Assembly: GCA_040755335.1 (NCBI GenBank)
Contig: JBFMAU010000003.1
Location: 1-51,330, forward strand
DNA length: 51,330 nt
Source of the DNA: Acidobacteriota bacterium
Lineage (GTDB): Bacteria; Acidobacteriota; Blastocatellia; UBA7656
Direction: 5' to 3'
Below, piece by piece: positions 46,027-51,330 of the stretch. Made by a program: the position numbers and the translations under genes. A model generated the notes under the pieces. The model made no database searches and had not been told where the DNA came from. It was given only the letters and a program-made list of their open reading frames with translations. How positions within the stretch are numbered: the first letter of the stretch is position 1; each line of letters starts with the position of its first letter.

Positions 46027-48873
46027 GTGAGCAGCGCACTGGCAGACAAACTGATGAGCGCCGAAGATGTCGAGGCATTCCTTCGCCAGCAGGGCGGGCG
46101 GATAGAATGGACGTTGATGGCCGAACTCAAGGCGGAAGTGGATCGCCTCGTAGGCTGCGATCTCAATGCGGCGGGGCGACTGGTCGAGCGAATGGAACAA
46201 CTGGCGGCGCTTACGAGCGAGCCGGTGTCTGAGGCTTTCGCCAAAGCCAGTCGCGGGCGCATGCTCGGTTACTCGGGCCATCACGCGCAGGCCAACGAGC
46301 TTTACGAGGATGCGGTAAGCGCGATGCGCGCGGCCAGACTCTCGCGCGAGGCGGCTTTTTTGCAAATACAGATGTTGACCGATCTCATACTTCTGGCGCG
46401 CTATGATGACGCGCTTCGCCTGTCGCGCTCTGTTCGGCGCGCGCTGAGGGGCGGAGACAAGGTTCAACTCGCTCAATTTGAAACCAACGTCGGCCATATT
46501 CACTACCGCCGGGACCGGTACAAAAAGGCGCTCGAACATTACGACCGGGCGCGCGAAATACTTTCCAAAGTCGGCGACGAATCCATGCGCGCGACCGTCG
46601 ATTTCGGTCGCTCGAACATATTCACCGACACGGATCGTCCCGATGAAGCCATGACGTTGCTCGACAGTGCCGCCCAGGCATGGGATCAAACAGGGCAGTC
46701 ATTGCACGCCGGGATAGCTCGCTTTCATAAAGCCTATATCCAATTCCTGAAAGGGAACTACAACGATGCGCTGACGGCCTACTACCAGACGCGCGATCAA
46801 CTGGCTCAACTCGGAAGCCTTCCGCTGGTGGCCTCCTGCAACCTTGAGATTGCCGAAATACTGCTCGCTCTCAATGCCTTCGATGACGCAGTTGAGAGCG
46901 CGGCGGCGGCTCACGCGAGTTTCTCCGAGCTTGGGATGATTTACGATTCGGCCAGGGCTGCGCTCATAGGAGCGATTGCAGCTATGGGAGCGCACAACTT
47001 CGAGCAGGCGCAAAACGGATTGACTGAAGCGCGGGCAGTGTTCGAGCAGACGGGCAACGCTACTTTCACCGCGCTCGTTGACAGTTATCTGGCGGAACTG
47101 GCGCTCAGAAGTAAAGACGGCGCTACGGCCCTGCAGCGCGGCGCAGCGGCCCTTCGCGTCTTCGCCCGACAAAAACTGCCGGTCAAATCCGCTTACTCCC
47201 GGCTCATAGTCGCGCGAGCGGCTTATGAAACCGGCGACCTGCCGCGGTCGGCGCGGATGGCGAGAGCCGCGTTGCGAGCGGTCGAAGGCTCATTCGCGTC
47301 AAGCCTCGTTTATCGGTGCCATCACCTGATCGGACACATAGAGCGGAGGCGCGGGCGGCGCGGGCGCGCTCTGGAAAACTTTCGCCGCGCAGCCGAAGTC
47401 ATCGAGCAGATGCGCGGCGGAATTATTTCGGATGAGTTCAAGGCGACTTTTCTGCGCGACAAGATGGAAGTCTACGAAGACGCCATCAGCGCCTGTCTCG
47501 ACGAAGGCAGCGAGGTTTTGATCGAAGAAGCTTTTCGTCTGGTCGAGTCGTCGAAGTCTCGCGCGCTCGCCGACCTCCTGGCGCGATATCTGCGCGATTC
47601 CATCCAATCGACACAACGAAGCCCGGAGGCTGAAACCAGAGCCAGACTCCTGAAGCTGATCGAAGACCTCAACTGGTACAACTCGCGCGCAGGGCTTGAA
47701 GACGACAAGGGCAATCAGCGCAACGCCACACTGGCCGACCGATACCGTCGGGAAGTTCGCCGCTGCGAAAAACAGATCGCCCAACTCTTCCGCCGCCTCG
47801 AAGCGGAAAGCTCGGCTTTCGCCGAAATCCATCAGATGCAGGCCGCCTCGGCCAGCGACCTGAAATCGGCTCTGGGAGCCGATGAGACGGCAATCGAATA
47901 CTTCATCACGGGGGATGAAATCTCTGCATTCGTCGCCACCGGCGAGCGAGTGCGGCTGGCCCGCCGAATCGCTTCCCGCCACGCGGTCGAAGCCGCGCTT
48001 GCGGCTTTCAGGTTTCAGATAGAAAAATTCAACTTCGGCTCCCGCTATGTCGATTCTTACCTCGGCCAGTTGAAGCGCGCGACGGATGATTATCTCGCAC
48101 GACTCAGCGAGATGGTTTTCGCGCCGCTCCGGGAGCTTATCGAAACCGAAAGCGTAGTGATCATACCGCACGGCGCTTTGCATTATGTCCCCTTTCACGC
48201 CCTGCGCGACGGCGGCGATTATCTCGTCGAGAGATTCGAGATTTCCTACGCGCCGAGCGCGGCGGTTCTCAAGCTCTGTCGCGCCCGACGCGGCAAAAGC
48301 CAATCGGGCGGAGGGCGCATGATAGCTTTGGGCGTGGATCATCGCGACACGCCGCACATCGCCGACGAGATACGCGAGATCGGATCGCTGTTTCCCGATT
48401 CCATCACCCTGATCGGAGAAGACGCGACGCGGGAGAATCTCTTTCGGTTCGCGCCCGAAGCTCGCTTTCTGCATCTCGCTTCGCACGGTTATTTTCGTCG
48501 CGACAATCCGATGTTTTCGTTTTTGAAGCTGGCCGACTCGCCCCTGAATTTTTACAGCCTCCTCGATCTGCGACTTCGCGCCGAGATGGTTACGCTTTCG
48601 GCCTGTCACACGGGCGTCAACATGGTTTTTCCGGGCGACGAACTGCACGGACTGATGCGCGGTTTTCTGTATGCGGGCGCTCCGTCGCTCGTGGCAAGTT
48701 TGTGGGCCGTGAGCGACACTTCGACTGCCGAGCTTATGCGCGAGATGTATCGCCTCATCAGTCAGGGCGAAAGCAAAAGGAGCGCGCTCAGGAAGGCGCA
48801 ACTGAAAATCAAGGACGATTATGGACACCCTTACTACTGGGCGCCGTTCGCGCTGATGGGCAATCCCATATAA
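46027..48873 (+). CDS. TPR-CHAT (caspase-like) protease
   Basis: N-terminal TPRs. CHAT motifs IIPHG.LH.VPF, LHLASHG (His), LSACHTG (Cys), SLW.V.D, HPYYWAPF. No signal peptide. Confidence 0.92.
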   Translation: MSSALADKLMSAEDVEAFLRQQGGRIEWTLMAELKAEVDRLVGCDLNAAGRLVERMEQLAALTSEPVSEAFAKASRGRMLGYSGHHAQANELYEDAVSAMRAARLSREAAFLQIQMLTDLILLARYDDALRLSRSVRRALRGGDKVQLAQFETNVGHIHYRRDRYKKALEHYDRAREILSKVGDESMRATVDFGRSNIFTDTDRPDEAMTLLDSAAQAWDQTGQSLHAGIARFHKAYIQFLKGNYNDALTAYYQTRDQLAQLGSLPLVASCNLEIAEILLALNAFDDAVESAAAAHASFSELGMIYDSARAALIGAIAAMGAHNFEQAQNGLTEARAVFEQTGNATFTALVDSYLAELALRSKDGATALQRGAAALRVFARQKLPVKSAYSRLIVARAAYETGDLPRSARMARAALRAVEGSFASSLVYRCHHLIGHIERRRGRRGRALENFRRAAEVIEQMRGGIISDEFKATFLRDKMEVYEDAISACLDEGSEVLIEEAFRLVESSKSRALADLLARYLRDSIQSTQRSPEAETRARLLKLIEDLNWYNSRAGLEDDKGNQRNATLADRYRREVRRCEKQIAQLFRRLEAESSAFAEIHQMQAASASDLKSALGADETAIEYFITGDEISAFVATGERVRLARRIASRHAVEAALAAFRFQIEKFNFGSRYVDSYLGQLKRATDDYLARLSEMVFAPLRELIETESVVIIPHGALHYVPFHALRDGGDYLVERFEISYAPSAAVLKLCRARRGKSQSGGGRMIALGVDHRDTPHIADEIREIGSLFPDSITLIGEDATRENLFRFAPEARFLHLASHGYFRRDNPMFSFLKLADSPLNFYSLLDLRLRAEMVTLSACHTGVNMVFPGDELHGLMRGFLYAGAPSLVASLWAVSDTSTAELMREMYRLISQGESKRSALRKAQLKIKDDYGHPYYWAPFALMGNPI

Positions 48874-48961
48874 GTCTTTCGGCACGCGCCTTGCGGCTTT
48901 ATGATCGAATGGGGATTTGAGTCTCAAAAAGAGGAGTTTTCACCCGAGTGAGGAAAAATAT

Positions 48962-51330
48962 ATGAAGCTGAAAAAAGCTTTTCTGATCGCGAGCCTGGCC
49001 GTCAGCCTTGCGGTTTCACTTCCCTCCGGCGCACAGAGTCAGGAGCAGCCGCGCCGGTTTCGCAAAGGCGAGGTAGTGGTGGAGATCGAGCCGGACGCTT
49101 CGATAGATGCCGTCAATGCGCGCATAGGCACGACGACGAAGCAGCGGCTCTACGGGACGAATTTTTACCTGCTCCGCACTCCAAAGGGGAAAAAGGAAGC
49201 CAAGTATCGCAAGCGGCTTGAGCGAGACCCCGATGTTTTGAGCGCGTCGCTCAACCCGACTGTGACCAACGTGGTCGCCTTCGCGCGAACGATCATAGGC
49301 TTCCCCGACGGCTATGCCTCGCCGGGAAAAACTCAGGCCGATTTTCGAGGGCAGCAGCAACTCTTCGATCTCCTTCAACTGACTCAGGCGCAGGCGCGAT
49401 CAAAAGGCAGGGGAGCGGTCGTCGCCATAATCGATACGGGCGTGGACTTCAATCATCAGGCGCTTCAACCTCGTCTGTGGATAGATGACCGACCCAAGGC
49501 TGACATCGCGGGCGACGGAATAGACAACGATGAAGACGGTTTGATCGATGATTTTCGCGGATGGGATTTCTACGATAATGACAACGATCCGAGCGAAGCG
49601 GGAGGAGACCCGAAAGAGTCAGTCGCAGGACACGGCACATTCATAGCCGGACTGATAGCTCTTGTGGCTCCCGAATGCCGCATAATGCCGATCCGCGCTT
49701 TTCCGCCCGATGGAGTGACCGACGAATTCAACATCGCTTCGGCCATAAAGTACGCAGCCGACAACGGGGCCAACATTATCAATCTCAGCTTCGGCTCGAA
49801 CATAGTTTCTCCGCTGCTTACGGACGCCATCAACTATGCCCGCGAGCGCGGGGCGGTGATGGTGGCGGCTTCGGGAAACGAAAATTCCGAAGCGCCTCAA
49901 TTCCCTTCTTCTTCGCCCGACGTGATGGGCGTGTCGGCCACTGATCTGACGGATCATCGTGCGCCGTTTTCAAACTTCGGCCCGCACATCGATATATCCG
50001 CTCCTGGAGTTCAACTCATCAGTTCCTACATAGGCGACAGCGGGACGGAGTACGCGATGTGGAGCGGGACATCTTTCGCCGCGCCGTTTGCGGTAGCCGA
50101 AGCCGCGCTCATTTATTCGCTCGATCCCGATCACCCCGATATCAGACGAGCGATAGAGGACACGGCCTTTCTCATCGATGACAAAAACCCCGGCTATCAG
50201 GGCCGACTCGGACGCGGGAGAGTAAACCTGCTTCGCGCGCTCGAATGCCTCAACACCGATTGCACCCGTCCCGTCCGCGATCTTCATGCCGAGGCTGCGC
50301 TCGTGCGCGCGCCGGGAGTGACCTACGGATCAGGACACGCGGAGATAAACATCTACGGATCGAAACAGGAATTCGAAGTCGAGGCCAGCGAACTCAACCC
50401 GCGCACCACTTATCGCCTCTCGGTCAACGGCGTACTTGTGGATCAGGCCAGGCAGTCGAACAACCTCGGCTATCTCAAGTTTTATTTTTCATCCGACTCG
50501 CCCGACTTCCCCGCATCAGGGATTCCCAATCCGGTCACGGGGATCAATCACATCGAGTTGCGAGAATTTAAGGACACGGCGAGCCGCATCCTCCTTACGG
50601 GCGACATCAGACAGATCAACACCACGACGCCGGTCAAAAAAGAAGCTCTTCTTTATCCGACGAGCGCGGCTGTCAGAAGCGGAGGGAAAGCGAAGATCGA
50701 AGTCACCAGCGAGCGCGAAACCTTCACGGTGGAAGCTGAAAAACTCAGCGCCGCGCAGTTTCATCAGGTCGTAGTCGATGGGGTGAATATCAGTCTGCCG
50801 ACCGATATCTCCACCGATGGGTACTTCAAACTGGTGCTGACGAGCGACGGATCGAACGGGCGAGTGCTTCCTCCCTCGCTTCGTCCCGCAGTAAACATTC
50901 GTCACGTCGAGATAAGAAATCTGTCGGGCGAGATCATTTTGCAGGGCGACTTCCGACCCGGCGGCATAGACGCTGACGATGGCGGAGGAGGCACCACTAC
51001 GGAGACTTCGAGAGAGGCGAGTTTCGTTCGCACGGGCGCGGACGCTGACGCCGAAGGCAAAGCGAAAACCAAAACGACGAGCGACGGGAAAGAAGGGTTC
51101 AGCGTGGAGTTGATCAACCTCGCGCCCGTCGCTGCCTACAGGATATTCGTCGACGGATCTCTGATGGGCAGCTTCACTGCTGACAGCGCGGGTCGCCTCA
51201 AGAGGGAATGGAGCAGCGAGACGGAATCGGGCAAGCTCCCGCTGCCCGCGCGACTTCGCCCCGTCACAAACATCCGCAGAGTCGAGATTCGAAACGCCTC
51301 GAATGTGTTGATACTGGTCGCAGAATTCGC
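48962..51330 (+). CDS. Exported S8 subtilisin-like serine protease with C-terminal tandem beta-domains; 3'-partial, not in the ORF track
   Basis: ATG 48962 (MKLKKAFLIASLAVSL..., signal peptide). Triad IIDTG (~49430), GHGT (~49630), GTSFAAP (~50070), oxyanion ASGN. Open to the window end. Confidence 0.9.
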   Translation, partial: MKLKKAFLIASLAVSLAVSLPSGAQSQEQPRRFRKGEVVVEIEPDASIDAVNARIGTTTKQRLYGTNFYLLRTPKGKKEAKYRKRLERDPDVLSASLNPTVTNVVAFARTIIGFPDGYASPGKTQADFRGQQQLFDLLQLTQAQARSKGRGAVVAIIDTGVDFNHQALQPRLWIDDRPKADIAGDGIDNDEDGLIDDFRGWDFYDNDNDPSEAGGDPKESVAGHGTFIAGLIALVAPECRIMPIRAFPPDGVTDEFNIASAIKYAADNGANIINLSFGSNIVSPLLTDAINYARERGAVMVAASGNENSEAPQFPSSSPDVMGVSATDLTDHRAPFSNFGPHIDISAPGVQLISSYIGDSGTEYAMWSGTSFAAPFAVAEAALIYSLDPDHPDIRRAIEDTAFLIDDKNPGYQGRLGRGRVNLLRALECLNTDCTRPVRDLHAEAALVRAPGVTYGSGHAEINIYGSKQEFEVEASELNPRTTYRLSVNGVLVDQARQSNNLGYLKFYFSSDSPDFPASGIPNPVTGINHIELREFKDTASRILLTGDIRQINTTTPVKKEALLYPTSAAVRSGGKAKIEVTSERETFTVEAEKLSAAQFHQVVVDGVNISLPTDISTDGYFKLVLTSDGSNGRVLPPSLRPAVNIRHVEIRNLSGEIILQGDFRPGGIDADDGGGGTTTETSREASFVRTGADADAEGKAKTKTTSDGKEGFSVELINLAPVAAYRIFVDGSLMGSFTADSAGRLKREWSSETESGKLPLPARLRPVTNIRRVEIRNASNVLILVAEF

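Noticed and set aside
47299-48927. 542-aa minus-strand ORF
   Set aside because: Antisense shadow of the CHAT gene.
49016-51117. Small track ORFs on both strands
   Set aside because: All overlap the uninterrupted subtilase frame starting at 48962.
42577-51330. Type III-E CRISPR (Craspase) locus or diversity-generating retroelement
   Set aside because: No gRAMP/cas gene, array or reverse transcriptase is visible in the window; the Craspase comparison is only an analogy.

Overview
A ~51 kb GC-rich bacterial chromosomal segment. The gene style and short-repeat families suggest Acidobacteriota (Blastocatellia-like), but this is an inference. Housekeeping genes (pyrF, ttcA, pyk, yacG, pyrK-pyrD, hsp20, bactofilin, S9 peptidase, POT transporter, PLP aminotransferase) are mixed with accessory loci. 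Main points: (1) a predicted lipoprotein with a DUF1573-like Ig domain that continues through an in-frame UGA exactly where the family has a Cys (S-UGA-G-C-T), a candidate selenoprotein cut short in the ORF track; (2) a CRISPR-free operon of ECF sigma, exported 11-repeat protein, soluble zinc-finger anti-sigma, TPR-CHAT protease and exported S8 subtilase (the subtilase is absent from the ORF track); (3) a two-gene P-loop ATPase / ATPase-wHTH-TPR module behind a perfect 22-bp palindrome, with an AT-rich TPR segment; (4) a DUF4062-NACHT-TPR NLR-like protein; (5) two divergent GT-C glycosyltransferase paralogs sharing an identical ~188-bp in-frame repeat block; (6) several MITE/REP-like elements and a probable IS end interrupting a PP2C gene at the left edge. 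No rRNA, tRNA or CRISPR array was recognised. All family assignments come from motif recognition by eye, not database searches.
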